From assembly GCF_046119375.1 (NCBI RefSeq), contig NW_027362769.1:362824001-362888000 (forward strand): a DNA stretch of 64,000 nt, written 5' to 3'. This document shows positions 13,240 through 25,216 of this stretch, in pieces. The position numbers were made by a program, and so were the translations under genes. The notes beneath the pieces were generated by a model. It saw nothing but the letters and a program-made list of their open reading frames with translations, did not search any database and was not told the origin of the DNA. This DNA is from Phyllobates terribilis. Taxonomy: Eukaryota. Position 1 is the stretch's first letter. Each line of letters starts with the position of its first letter.

Positions 13240-14613
13240 CAAACTTTTCGATCAACCTTTTCATTTTAATAAAGACCAAAAAAATGGTCATTTTTGAAAT
13301 TATAAGCATTAGCAGGTTGTTAGAAACTGAAATCAAACAGTTTTCAACTCAAAACTTTATTCTAGGTGATGTTACATTTTCACATAGGACCCCTTGTTCG
13401 AAAGGAGCTTCTGAACTCTCTCGTCCATTGAATTTGTCAGGTTTTGGATGGTTTCTGCTTCAATTGTTTTGCATGAGGACAGAATACCCTCCCAGAGCTG
13501 TTGCTTAGATGTGAACTGCCTCCCGCCATCATAGACACTCCTTTTAATGATGCTCCAAAGGTTCTGAATGGGGTACAGGTCAGGGGAGCATGGGGGTCAC
13601 ACCATAAGTTTGTCCCCTTTTATGCCCATATCAGCCAGAGATGCAGATGTTTTATGTGCAGCATGAGATGGTGCATTATCATGCAGAAAAATGATCTTGC
13701 TGTGAAATACACGGTTCTTCTTCTTGAACCATGGCAGGAAGTGCTGTTTGAGAAAATCCACATACATTATGGAGTTCATCTTTAGCGCCTTCAGGGATCC
13801 TAAAGGGGCCGACAATCTCTCTCCCCATGATTCCAGCCCAAAACATTACTCCACCTCCTCCTTGTTGGCGCTGTAGCCGTGTTTGCGTGGGGTGTCCATC
13901 AACCAGCCATCCTCCACTCCATTCATCTGGACCATCGAGCGCTGCACGGCACTCATCCGTGAACAAAACAGTTTTGAAATCAGTCTTCATGTAATGTTTG
14001 GCCCACTGGAGCCGTTTCTGCTTGTGTGAAGTGGATAGAGGAGGTCGACAGGATGGCATATGCACAGCTGCAAACCTCTGAAGGACCCTGCATCTTGTTG
14101 TTCGGGGGACGTTGGAGGCACAAGCAGCTTCAAAAACTTGTCTGCTGCTATGACAAGGCTTTTTTGCCGCTGCTGTTTCAACCTGACGTAATTGCCTGTA
14201 GGAAAGAGTCCTCAATTTGCCCTTATCAGCACGCACACGTGTGTACTGTGAATCAGCTACATACTTCTTGATTGCCAAGACACTTCATCCTGATCATCGC
14301 ACAATGTTGATTGTAGTCATGCCTTGACCTAAAAACTCCACAATTTGTTGCTTCTCAGCAGCCGACACATCCTTTTTCTTTCCCATTTTGGCAGAAAATG
14401 TAGGCTGCTTAATAATGTGAGAGAGCCTTCTTAAGTAGTCTTGCCTTTCATTGGACACACCTGCCAAACTAATTAGCACAGGTGTCTGCAATTGCTTACA
14501 GTGATATAAAGAGCCCTGACACACATCACCATCAATGAGTTTAACTGACAAACAAACAAATTCTTCCCTTATCACTCCTAAACACTTTTTGCATAATAAT
14601 TTGGAACGCGGTG
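13240..14613 (-). mobile_element. Tc1/mariner remnant (one TIR kept, transposase frameshifted)
   Basis: HKQKRLQWAK, VLFTDE, GGGVMFWAG and FLHDNAPSH motifs. Terminus CACCGCGTTCCAAATTATTATGC (minus strand) is flanked by TA at 14614-14615. A second copy lies at 21566-22939. Confidence 0.88.
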
Positions 14614-14684
14614 TACATGTGCTTTTCCACAAAACACCAGTGGTTCACGTAGTGAATCTTACAGTTCTAACTTGCCAACCGTGG

Positions 14685-16504
14685 TCTGTATGGAATTGTT
14701 CAATAAAGGGCCCAAAATTAAGATAACATAGATGGGAGAGGTCTCTATGAATAGGAATTCCTAAGTATTTGATACCCTGTGAGGGCCAGGCAAAGGGAAA
14801 GTTGGACTGGATGGAATCCCATATGGATTTAGGGAGGGAGACATCGAGGGCCTCAGACTTCGCTGCATTGATTTTAAAATTTTACCATGTAACAAAGTGA
14901 TCTATTTCAGCCATAACAGCAGGGATGGATATATGTGATTGAGTGATATATACAAGGACATCATCAGCAAATAGAGAGCACTTGTACTCGGTGCCTCCCA
15001 CCTCAATCCACCTAATATTGGGGTTATGGCGAATTGATGAGAGCAGGTGCTCCGTCACTAGGATGTATAAGAGAGGGGACAGAGGACATCCCTGCCTTGT
15101 CCCATTGGTGATTGTGAAAGGTGATGAAAATGTTCTGACGCACCCCCTGGGCCTTGGGACACCCGGAGCCGGACCCTTTTTGGTGGATGCTGGTGGTTGT
15201 AGTCTTCGTGGCGGCGATCCGGTTCCGTGGCTCAGGGCGGTCAAACCAGTGGCGGAACTATTTATGTGGTTTTGATGTTTAAATGTCCGACTACGCCACC
15301 CGTGGATTGCGGTCAGAGTGAACCGCCGCTACAGGGCAGACCGCTAAGGCTGGTGTTGTGGGTGCAGCAGAGCGTAGCATAACTCCCCACGGGAGGAGTA
15401 TAGCCTCAGGGCAGTGTATGCGGAGGATGGGGGTGATGGTGCAGGGCAGCAGCAGTAACGACACGGAGTCAGTGATGCAGTTCAGGGCCTTTACTCACAG
15501 TTCTTATTATCCAGACCACGTCTGCAGGTAACGGCTGCCCACGTCGTACTGTGCTCACCAGGTGAGGGGCTCAGACAACTCCCAGATAACTTTGGAGCGC
15601 TTCACAGGACCCCCTTTGTGTGTCCTTTGTCTGGCCTTTCTTACCAACACTTCTGTCCGGCTGCCTCGGGCCTCCTCTTGGTAAACTTGGCGCCAGTTTC
15701 CCTGACCCTATGTGGTGCCTTCCTAGCGGGTGGAGCAAGGGGCTGCGCCACATAAAATGTCAGAGCCTCCGGTTTCTAGCTGAGGGTCGTTTCCTGCCTC
15801 CACTAGTTCGGGGACCGGTCTCCCCCTTTGGCCTGACCCCTCCACGCAGGTGGATTCGGGCGTGCGGTGGCGACTCGCCCGTCCGCACCCCTGGGATCCC
15901 TTCATTCCTCGTTCCTGGAGCCTTCTCCGCTCCTCTTCCTTCCTTCTCCCTCTTGCAGGCCTGGGCCTCTGTTACTAGGCCCGCCTCCGGAGCAGAGCTC
16001 ATGCAGAGCCCCTGCTCCCTGCCACTTCTGCTCAGACTTCTCTGCACTGAACTAAGATGGTGCCCACCTTTTATACTCCCTTCTCAATGCACCCAGGAAC
16101 TGCTTCCTCCCTGCTCCTGCACTGCAGGGTTCCCCTTCCTCAGTGTTCCCTCCCCCCACTCCAGCCAGGGACAGGGACTGTCGTGCCCATCTCAGGGGCA
16201 TATTGGTCGCCCTGCCCCACGGCAATGTGGTGTAATGCATGCAGGTGTCGGGTCCTGATCCACACTCCATCCTTATCTGAGAGTGAGATATCACACCTCT
16301 GGGTGAGGTGCAATACGTCTGTAGCAACCGAGCCCTCGGTGCTACAGTTCCATTTATCTTCAGCCTAGGTGACGTATTGTGATACAGGGCCGTGATTTTG
16401 GCTATAAAAGGGTCCCCTAGACCCCTACCCCAAGCTTTTTAAGAGAATCATATATGGCGTGCCAGGAGACTCTATGGAATGCTTTCTCAGCATCCAACGA
16501 GAGT
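14685..16504 (-). mobile_element. L1/Tx1-type RT fragment interrupted by a solo LTR
   Basis: LSLDAEKAF (about 16500), GTRQGCPLSPLL and SLFADD motifs. The frame rejoins (LKINGT|FSSPF) when 15136-16346 is removed. A second copy lies at 23011-24830. Confidence 0.85.
15136..16346. mobile_element. Solo LTR
   Basis: TG...CA termini with 4-bp TSD GTTC (15132-15135 and 16347-16350) and no coding content. A second copy lies at 23462-24672. Confidence 0.75.
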
Positions 16505-16589
16505 ATCTACTTACAAATATTTAACTGCATCTAGCCCAGGAAATACTTTGTGCCTAGTAGCAGTGTCTGCTAGTCAGCGGATTATCCCG

Positions 16590-16890
16590 GCTGTTAAGCA
16601 AGCTACACCACCTGTAGTTTGGACACTTAATTTTTTCAAAGGAAATGCTTCGGGACCACGGGATACTCAGTGAAGAGCATCAGGAGGCACCCCAAGGCAT
16701 AGGGGCTGGGACTGGCACTAGGATGCCTTGCGGTGGACAGCCGAGCTCGATCCTTATAAAAGCTTTTTAACTGCAGCAGCTTTAGTGGACGCTACTGGAG
16801 CTGGAATTACGCGGCTGCTGGCATGAGACTTGCCCTCCAATAGATCCTTGTAAATGGATTTAAAGTGTATTCATTCAAATTAGAGGGACA
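16590..16890 (-). pseudogene. Degenerate 18S rRNA fragment (conserved GCCAGCAGCCGCG core into V4) inside the hAT element
   Basis: Minus strand has TTGGAGGGCAAGTCT, GCCAGCAGCCGCG-TAATTCCAGCTCCA, GCTGCAGTTAAAAAGCT and CTTTGAAAAAATTA in 18S order, with many substitutions. Confidence 0.88.
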
Positions 16891-17388
16891 ATTTAAATTA
16901 AAAAGCTTAGAGCTGCCTCCACCACAGGGGGGCTCTCTCGACCCACCAGCGGACAGGCACCAGTATTGGGAGAGGGGGGCTGGCCGTCAGGGTTCACCGC
17001 GGCTCTGGCACAAACCCGGCGACACGGAGGTGGCACGGGCAGGAGCGGACTGAACGTGTCGGCTTCTCACTTTTTGGATTTTAGAAGGGCATGACATGCC
17101 TATATCTGTGTCTCCCCCTCCTTTTACTCCTCCACCTCTTTTCTTTTCGCATGACTATATGTACTTGTCACTTTTCCATGTGTTAGTTGTGTCTTCTGAG
17201 CAGTTTGTCAGCTTTTGGACACCTTTGAAGGTGTTTTCTATGTGTTTCTATGTGTTTTTGTTTGCCTGCCATTGGTTTTAACGGTGTTCGAAGGTGTTCG
17301 ACGAACAGTTCGACGAACAGTTCGGCGAACACACGGGTGTTCGACGAACCGAACCGAACTCGAACACTACGGGGGTGGCTCAACACTA

Positions 17389-18259
17389 GTAGCCAGTTGT
17401 TCACCTGTAGAATCTTATTCCACCTCATTGTTCCATGGTCATCCACTGGGAGGATGGATGAGAAGACCACCTGCGCTCCCAATTCTTTCACTTTCTTGCC
17501 TAAATCTTCAAAGTCACTGCAGATGGTTTCCAGGTCCTTTCTTGCGGTGTCATTTGTCCCCACATGTATTAGCAGGAATGGGTAGTGATCTGTAGGTCTG
17601 AAGAGTCTTGATATCCTGTCAGACACATCTTTAATTTTTGCTCCAGGAAGACAGCACATTTCTCTTGAGGTTATGTCTGGTCTGCAGATAGCGGCCTCTG
17701 TTCCTCTTAACAGGGAATCCCCCATGACCACCACTCTTCGTTTTTTCTTCACAACATTCTTCTTTCTCCATCCAGGAGGATTCTGAGGACTTACAAGGTT
17801 ATTCATTGCTGGCAAAGTCTTATCTTGCTGTATTTCTTCAAGGTTCTCCTGCGTGAGAGCCTGGTACTGGTTCCTGAGCAGTATGGGTGCTGACTGCCTC
17901 TCGATCCTCCTGCTTCTGTGGGTCACATGCTTCCATTCCTCTGTTTCGTCAGGTGCAGTTCGAATTTCTTCTCTTTCTGAATCATGAAGAGATAATTCTG
18001 CTCTGTCTAAGAACTCTTCACCTTCCTTAATGATTTTCAAGGTAGTTAACCTCTCTTCTAGATTTCGCAACTTTTCCTCCAACAGGGACACAAGCTTGCA
18101 TTTCTGGCATGTGAAGTTTGGCTTTTCCACTGGCAAGTCTGTGAACATGTAGCAGGATATGCAGCTCACCAAATGGCTCCTGGACTCTTCCATGTTCTTA
18201 CTGTTAATGTTCTGAAAACAGTGAAAAATGCTTCAAAATGCGCGCGCCGTTAGGCGCGC
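17389..18259 (-). mobile_element. CR1 LINE 5' part: ORF1 (Cys zinc finger, coiled coil, SGNH esterase), ATG at 18193
   Basis: CISC...CQKC, a leucine zipper, and VVVMGDSLLRG and LIHVGTND motifs. A second copy lies at 25715-26585. Confidence 0.9.
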
Positions 18260-20384
18260 GGTTTACCGATGTCCTCTTTTCAGCTCCAACAGCCAAAATC
18301 CAGTGTTCTTTGAGCTCGCGGAGACTCTTCACTTACCCCAAAATGCAGTGGAAATATGCAAATTATCTCCTCAGGACTCCTCCCCTGGTTTACCGATGTC
18401 CTCTTTTCAGCTCCAACAGCCAAAATCCAGTGTTCTTTGAGCTCGCGGAGACTCTTCACTTACCCCAAAATGCAGTGGAAATATGCAAATTATCTCCTCA
18501 GGACTCCTCCCCTGGTTTACCGATGTCCTCTTTTCAGCTCCAACAGCCAAAATCCAGTGTTCTTTGAGCTCGCGGAGACTCTTCACTTACCCCAAAATGC
18601 AGTGGAAATATGCAAATTATCTCCTCAGGACTCCTCCCCTGGTTTACCGATGTCCTCTTTTCAGCTCCAACAGCCAAAATCCAGTGTTCTTTGAGCTCGC
18701 GGAGACTCTTCACTTACCCCAAAATGCAGTGGAAATATGCAAATTATCTCCTCAGGACTCCTCCCCTGGTTTACCGATGTCCTCTTTTCAGCTCCAACAG
18801 CCAAAATCCAGTGTTCTTTGAGCTCGCGGAGACTCTTCACTTACCCCAAAATGCAGTGGAAATATGCAAATTATCTCCTCAGGACTCCTCCCCTGGTTTA
18901 CCGATGTCCTCTTTTCAGCTCCAACAGCCAAAATCCAGTGTTCTTTGAGCTCGCGGAGACTCTTCACTTACCCCAAAATGCAGTGGAAATATGCAAATTA
19001 TCTCCTCAGGACTCCTCCCCTGGTTTACCGATGTCCTCTTTTCAGCTCCAACAGCCAAAATCCAGTGTTCTTTGAGCTCGCGGAGACTCTTCACTTACCC
19101 CAAAATGCAGTGGAAATATGCAAATTATCTCCTCAGGACTCCTCCCCTGGTTTACCGATGTCCTCTTTTCAGCTCCAACAGCCAAAATCCAGTGTTCTTT
19201 GAGCTCGCGGAGACTCTTCACTTACCCCAAAATGCAGTGGAAATATGCAAATTATCTCCTCAGGACTCCTCCCCTGGTTTACCGATGTCCTCTTTTCAGC
19301 TCCAACAGCCAAAATCCAGTGTTCTTTGAGCTCGCGGAGACTCTTCACTTACCCCAAAATGCAGTGGAAATATGCAAATTATCTCCTCAGGACTCCTCCC
19401 CTGGTTTACCGATGTCCTCTTTTCAGCTCCAACAGCCAAAATCCAGTGTTCTTTGAGCTCGCGGAGACTCTTCACTTACCCCAAAATGCAGTGGAAATAT
19501 GCAAATTATCTCCTCAGGACTCCTCCCCTGGTTTACCGATGTCCTCTTTTCAGCTCCAACAGCCAAAATCCAGTGTTCTTTGAGCTCGCGGAGACTCTTC
19601 ACTTACCCCAAAATGCAGTGGAAATATGCAAATTATCTCCTCAGGACTCCTCCCCTGGTTTACCGATGTCCTCTTTTCAGCTCCAACAGCCAAAATCCAG
19701 TGTTCTTTGAGCTCGCGGAGACTCTTCACTTACCCCAAAATGCAGTGGAAATATGCAAATTATCTCCTCAGGACTCCTCCCCTGGTTTACCGATGTCCTC
19801 TTTTCAGCTCCAACAGCCAAAATCCAGTGTTCTTTGAGCTCGCGGAGACTCTTCACTTACCCCAAAATGCAGTGGAAATATGCAAATTATCTCCTCAGGA
19901 CTCCTCCCCTGGTTTACCGATGTCCTCTTTTCAGCTCCAACAGCCAAAATCCAGTGTTCTTTGAGCTCGCGGAGACTCTTCACTTACCCCAAAATGCAGT
20001 GGAAATATGCAAATTATCTCCTCAGGACTCCTCCCCTGGTTTACCGATGTCCTCTTTTCAGCTCCAACAGCCAAAATCCAGTGTTCTTTGAGCTCGCGGA
20101 GACTCTTCACTTACCCCAAAATGCAGTGGAAATATGCAAATTATCTCCTCAGGACTCCTCCCCTGGTTTACCGATGTCCTCTTTTCAGCTCCAACAGCCA
20201 AAATCCAGTGTTCTTTGAGCTCGCGGAGACTCTTCACTTACCCCAAAATGCAGTGGAAATATGCAAATTATCTCCTCAGGACTCCTCCCCTGGTTTACCG
20301 ATGTCCTCTTTTCAGCTCCAACAGCCAAAATCCAGTGTTCTTTGAGCTCGCGGAGACTCTTCACTTACCCCAAAATGCAGTGGA
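18260..20384. repeat. 127-bp satellite, array 1 (about 16.7 apparently identical units), each with octamer ATGCAAAT
   Basis: Period 127 is seen directly and in the ORF track. There are no spacers. The array abuts the CR1 5' UTR. Confidence 0.97.
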
Positions 20385-23300
20385 CGAACTGATGGAAGAC
20401 TCATCAGATGAGGGAGACCTTGATCACATTTCTGTTGTGCGAGGTTGGGGGGAGAGGACAGAGGAAGGAAGCATGATTGCTACCTCGCCACCAACACAAC
20501 AGGGACTTGGTGCTCCTGGATGCGCAACACACATGAGTGCCTTCTTGCTGCACTACCTGCAACATGACGGTCGAATTGTGAGAATTAGAAATAATCCTGA
20601 CTACTGGGTTGCCACACTGTTAGATCCCCGGTACAAAAGTAAATTTGCAGAAATTATTCCTGCCATAGAAAGGGATGCACGCATGCAGGAGTATCAGCAG
20701 AGACTGTTGCAGAATCTTACATGTGCTTTTCCACAAAATACCAGTGGTGCACGTAGTGAATCTCACAGTTCCAACTTGCCAACCGTGGGACCGTCAAGTG
20801 TTCAGCACTCAAACCGTAACAGAACCACAGTATCTGCTGGTAACATCAATTTTGCGGAATCATTTCACCACTTTTTTAGCCCATCCTTTGCAAGGCCACA
20901 GGAGACAAGAAGTCTGACACATAGTCAACGCCTAGAGACGATGGTACAGGAGTATCTCCAAGTAAACATTGAAGCCACGACTGTGTCACTGGACCCTTGC
21001 TCTTTTTGGGCTTCCAATCTGGATAAATGGCCGGAGCTAGCCACTTACGCCTTGGAGATCTTGTCATGCCCCGCAGCCAGCGTTCTGTCTGAACGTGTGT
21101 TCAGCGCTGCTGGTGGTGTGCTGACAGATAAGCGCACGCGGCTCTCCACTGATAATGTAGACAGACTCACGTTCATAAAGATGAACAAATCATGGATCCG
21201 AAACGACTTTTCTACCCCTGTGTCATCCTGGGGAGAGTAAAAGCTTGATGATTGGTTAAAATCACCCTACCAACCGTTTTAAGCTTTCAAATTACTAATC
21301 ATGTTTATCTGTATCTTGACTGGAAAATAATTTGGGCTTTGTAGCAGTGTGCAGCACTGATCCTATTAGGCCATCTATAATAAGCTTCACCAGATTTAAA
21401 ATTAAAAATAATTTTTAGCTGCATCTAGCCCGGAAAATAATTTTGGGGCTCCGAGATGCGCAAGACACATAAGTGCCTTCTTGCTGCACTACCTGCAGCA
21501 TGACCCTCATATTGTCAGAATTCGAAGTAATCATGACTACTGGGTTGCCACACTCTTAGATCCCCCAAACTTTTCGATCAACCTTTTCATTTTAATAAAG
21601 ACCAAAAAAATGGTCATTTTTGAAATTATAAGCATTAGCAGGTTGTTAGAAACTGAAATCAAACAGTTTTCAACTCAAAACTTTATTCTAGGTGATGTTA
21701 CATTTTCACATAGGACCCCTTGTTCGAAAGGAGCTTCTGAACTCTCTCGTCCATTGAATTTGTCAGGTTTTGGATGGTTTCTGCTTCAATTGTTTTGCAT
21801 GAGGACAGAATACCCTCCCAGAGCTGTTGCTTAGATGTGAACTGCCTCCCGCCATCATAGACACTCCTTTTAATGATGCTCCAAAGGTTCTGAATGGGGT
21901 ACAGGTCAGGGGAGCATGGGGGTCACACCATAAGTTTGTCCCCTTTTATGCCCATATCAGCCAGAGATGCAGATGTTTTATGTGCAGCATGAGATGGTGC
22001 ATTATCATGCAGAAAAATGATCTTGCTGTGAAATACACGGTTCTTCTTCTTGAACCATGGCAGGAAGTGCTGTTTGAGAAAATCCACATACATTATGGAG
22101 TTCATCTTTAGCGCCTTCAGGGATCCTAAAGGGGCCGACAATCTCTCTCCCCATGATTCCAGCCCAAAACATTACTCCACCTCCTCCTTGTTGGCGCTGT
22201 AGCCGTGTTTGCGTGGGGTGTCCATCAACCAGCCATCCTCCACTCCATTCATCTGGACCATCGAGCGCTGCACGGCACTCATCCGTGAACAAAACAGTTT
22301 TGAAATCAGTCTTCATGTAATGTTTGGCCCACTGGAGCCGTTTCTGCTTGTGTGAAGTGGATAGAGGAGGTCGACAGGATGGCATATGCACAGCTGCAAA
22401 CCTCTGAAGGACCCTGCATCTTGTTGTTCGGGGGACGTTGGAGGCACAAGCAGCTTCAAAAACTTGTCTGCTGCTATGACAAGGCTTTTTTGCCGCTGCT
22501 GTTTCAACCTGACGTAATTGCCTGTAGGAAAGAGTCCTCAATTTGCCCTTATCAGCACGCACACGTGTGTACTGTGAATCAGCTACATACTTCTTGATTG
22601 CCAAGACACTTCATCCTGATCATCGCACAATGTTGATTGTAGTCATGCCTTGACCTAAACACTCCACAATTTGTTGCTTCTCAGCAGCCGACACATCCTT
22701 TTTCTTTCCCATTTTGGCAGAAAATGTAGGCTGCTTAATAATGTGAGAGAGCCTTCTTAAGTAGTCTTGCCTTTCATTGGACACACCTGCCAAACTAATT
22801 AGCACAGGTGTCTGCAATTGCTTACAGTGATATAAAGAGCCCTGACACACATCACCATCAATGAGTTTAACTGACAAACAAACAAATTCTTCCCTTATCA
22901 CTCCTAAACACTTTTTGCATAATAATTTGGAACGCGGTGTACATGTGCTTTTCCACAAAACACCAGTGGTTCACGTAGTGAATCTTACAGTTCTAACTTG
23001 CCAACCGTGGTCTGTATGGAATTGTTCAATAAAGGGCCCAAAATTAAGATAACATAGATGGGAGAGGTCTCTATGAATAGGAATTCCTAAGTATTTGATA
23101 CCCTGTGAGGGCCAGGCAAAGGGAAAGTTGGACTGGATGGAATCCCATATGGATTTAGGGAGGGAGACATCGAGGGCCTCAGACTTCGCTGCATTGATTT
23201 TAAAATTTTACCATGTAACAAAGTGATCTATTTCAGCCATAACAGCAGGGATGGATATATGTGATTGAGTGATATATACAAGGACATCATCAGCAAATAG

Positions 23301-24915
23301 AGAGCACTTGTACTCGGTGCCTCCCACCTCAATCCACCTAATATTGGGGTTATGGCGAATTGATGAGAGCAGGTGCTCCGTCACTAGGATGTATAAGAGA
23401 GGGGACAGAGGACATCCCTGCCTTGTCCCATTGGTGATTGTGAAAGGTGATGAAAATGTTCTGACGCACCCCCTGGGCCTTGGGACACCCGGAGCCGGAC
23501 CCTTTTTGGTGGATGCTGGTGGTTGTAGTCTTCGTGGCGGCGATCCGGTTCCGTGGCTCAGGGCGGTCAAACCAGTGGCGGAACTATTTATGTGGTTTTG
23601 ATGTTTAAATGTCCGACTACGCCACCCGTGGATTGCGGTCAGAGTGAACCGCCGCTACAGGGCAGACCGCTAAGGCTGGTGTTGTGGGTGCAGCAGAGCG
23701 TAGCATAACTCCCCACGGGAGGAGTATAGCCTCAGGGCAGTGTATGCGGAGGATGGGGGTGATGGTGCAGGGCAGCAGCAGTAACGACACGGAGTCAGTG
23801 ATGCAGTTCAGGGCCTTTACTCACAGTTCTTATTATCCAGACCACGTCTGCAGGTAACGGCTGCCCACGTCGTACTGTGCTCACCAGGTGAGGGGCTCAG
23901 ACAACTCCCAGATAACTTTGGAGCGCTTCACAGGACCCCCTTTGTGTGTCCTTTGTCTGGCCTTTCTTACCAACACTTCTGTCCGGCTGCCTCGGGCCTC
24001 CTCTTGGTAAACTTGGCGCCAGTTTCCCTGACCCTATGTGGTGCCTTCCTAGCGGGTGGAGCAAGGGGCTGCGCCACATAAAATGTCAGAGCCTCCGGTT
24101 TCTAGCTGAGGGTCGTTTCCTGCCTCCACTAGTTCGGGGACCGGTCTCCCCCTTTGGCCTGACCCCTCCACGCAGGTGGATTCGGGCGTGCGGTGGCGAC
24201 TCGCCCGTCCGCACCCCTGGGATCCCTTCATTCCTCGTTCCTGGAGCCTTCTCCGCTCCTCTTCCTTCCTTCTCCCTCTTGCAGGCCTGGGCCTCTGTTA
24301 CTAGGCCCGCCTCCGGAGCAGAGCTCATGCAGAGCCCCTGCTCCCTGCCACTTCTGCTCAGACTTCTCTGCACTGAACTAAGATGGTGCCCACCTTTTAT
24401 ACTCCCTTCTCAATGCACCCAGGAACTGCTTCCTCCCTGCTCCTGCACTGCAGGGTTCCCCTTCCTCAGTGTTCCCTCCCCCCACTCCAGCCAGGGACAG
24501 GGACTGTCGTGCCCATCTCAGGGGCATATTGGTCGCCCTGCCCCACGGCAATGTGGTGTAATGCATGCAGGTGTCGGGTCCTGATCCACACTCCATCCTT
24601 ATCTGAGAGTGAGATATCACACCTCTGGGTGAGGTGCAATACGTCTGTAGCAACCGAGCCCTCGGTGCTACAGTTCCATTTATCTTCAGCCTAGGTGACG
24701 TATTGTGATACAGGGCCGTGATTTTGGCTATAAAAGGGTCCCCTAGACCCCTACCCCAAGCTTTTTAAGAGAATCATATATGGCGTGCCAGGAGACTCTA
24801 TGGAATGCTTTCTCAGCATCCAACGAGAGTATCTACTTACAAATATTTAACTGCATCTAGCCCAGGAAATACTTTGTGCCTAGTAGCAGTGTCTGCTAGT
24901 CAGCGGATTATCCCG

Positions 24916-25216
24916 GCTGTTAAGCAAGCTACACCACCTGTAGTTTGGACACTTAATTTTTTCAAAGGAAATGCTTCGGGACCACGGGATACTCAGTGAA
25001 GAGCATCAGGAGGCACCCCAAGGCATAGGGGCTGGGACTGGCACTAGGATGCCTTGCGGTGGACAGCCGAGCTCGATCCTTATAAAAGCTTTTTAACTGC
25101 AGCAGCTTTAGTGGACGCTACTGGAGCTGGAATTACGCGGCTGCTGGCATGAGACTTGCCCTCCAATAGATCCTTGTAAATGGATTTAAAGTGTATTCAT
25201 TCAAATTAGAGGGACA
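24916..25216 (-). pseudogene. Degenerate 18S rRNA fragment, duplicate copy
   Basis: Same sequence as 16590-16890 at +8326. Confidence 0.88.

Larger units (their letters stand above)
6133..17388 (+). mobile_element. hAT DNA transposon (11.3 kb) with cargo, inserted into CR1 ORF1
   Basis: TIRs TAGAGATGAGC (6133) and GCTCAACACTA (17378-17388). 8-bp TSD GTAGCCAG at 6125-6132 and 17389-17396. Removing the element restores CR1 ORF1 (QVNNWL|RRWCRQQGFGF). Confidence 0.95.

Noticed and set aside
16590-16890. Functional rRNA gene
   Set aside because: Only about 300 bp, with mutations in universally conserved positions, and it lies inside a transposon.
18228-20345. Many identical 112-aa ORFs (also at 26554-27782 and 31669-32134)
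   Set aside because: They are by-products of the 127-bp period and have no domain content.
20134-21240. 368-aa satellite-transposase fusion ORF
   Set aside because: A chance in-frame product of the duplication junction. It lacks the BED finger and two catalytic residues, and there is no evidence of expression.
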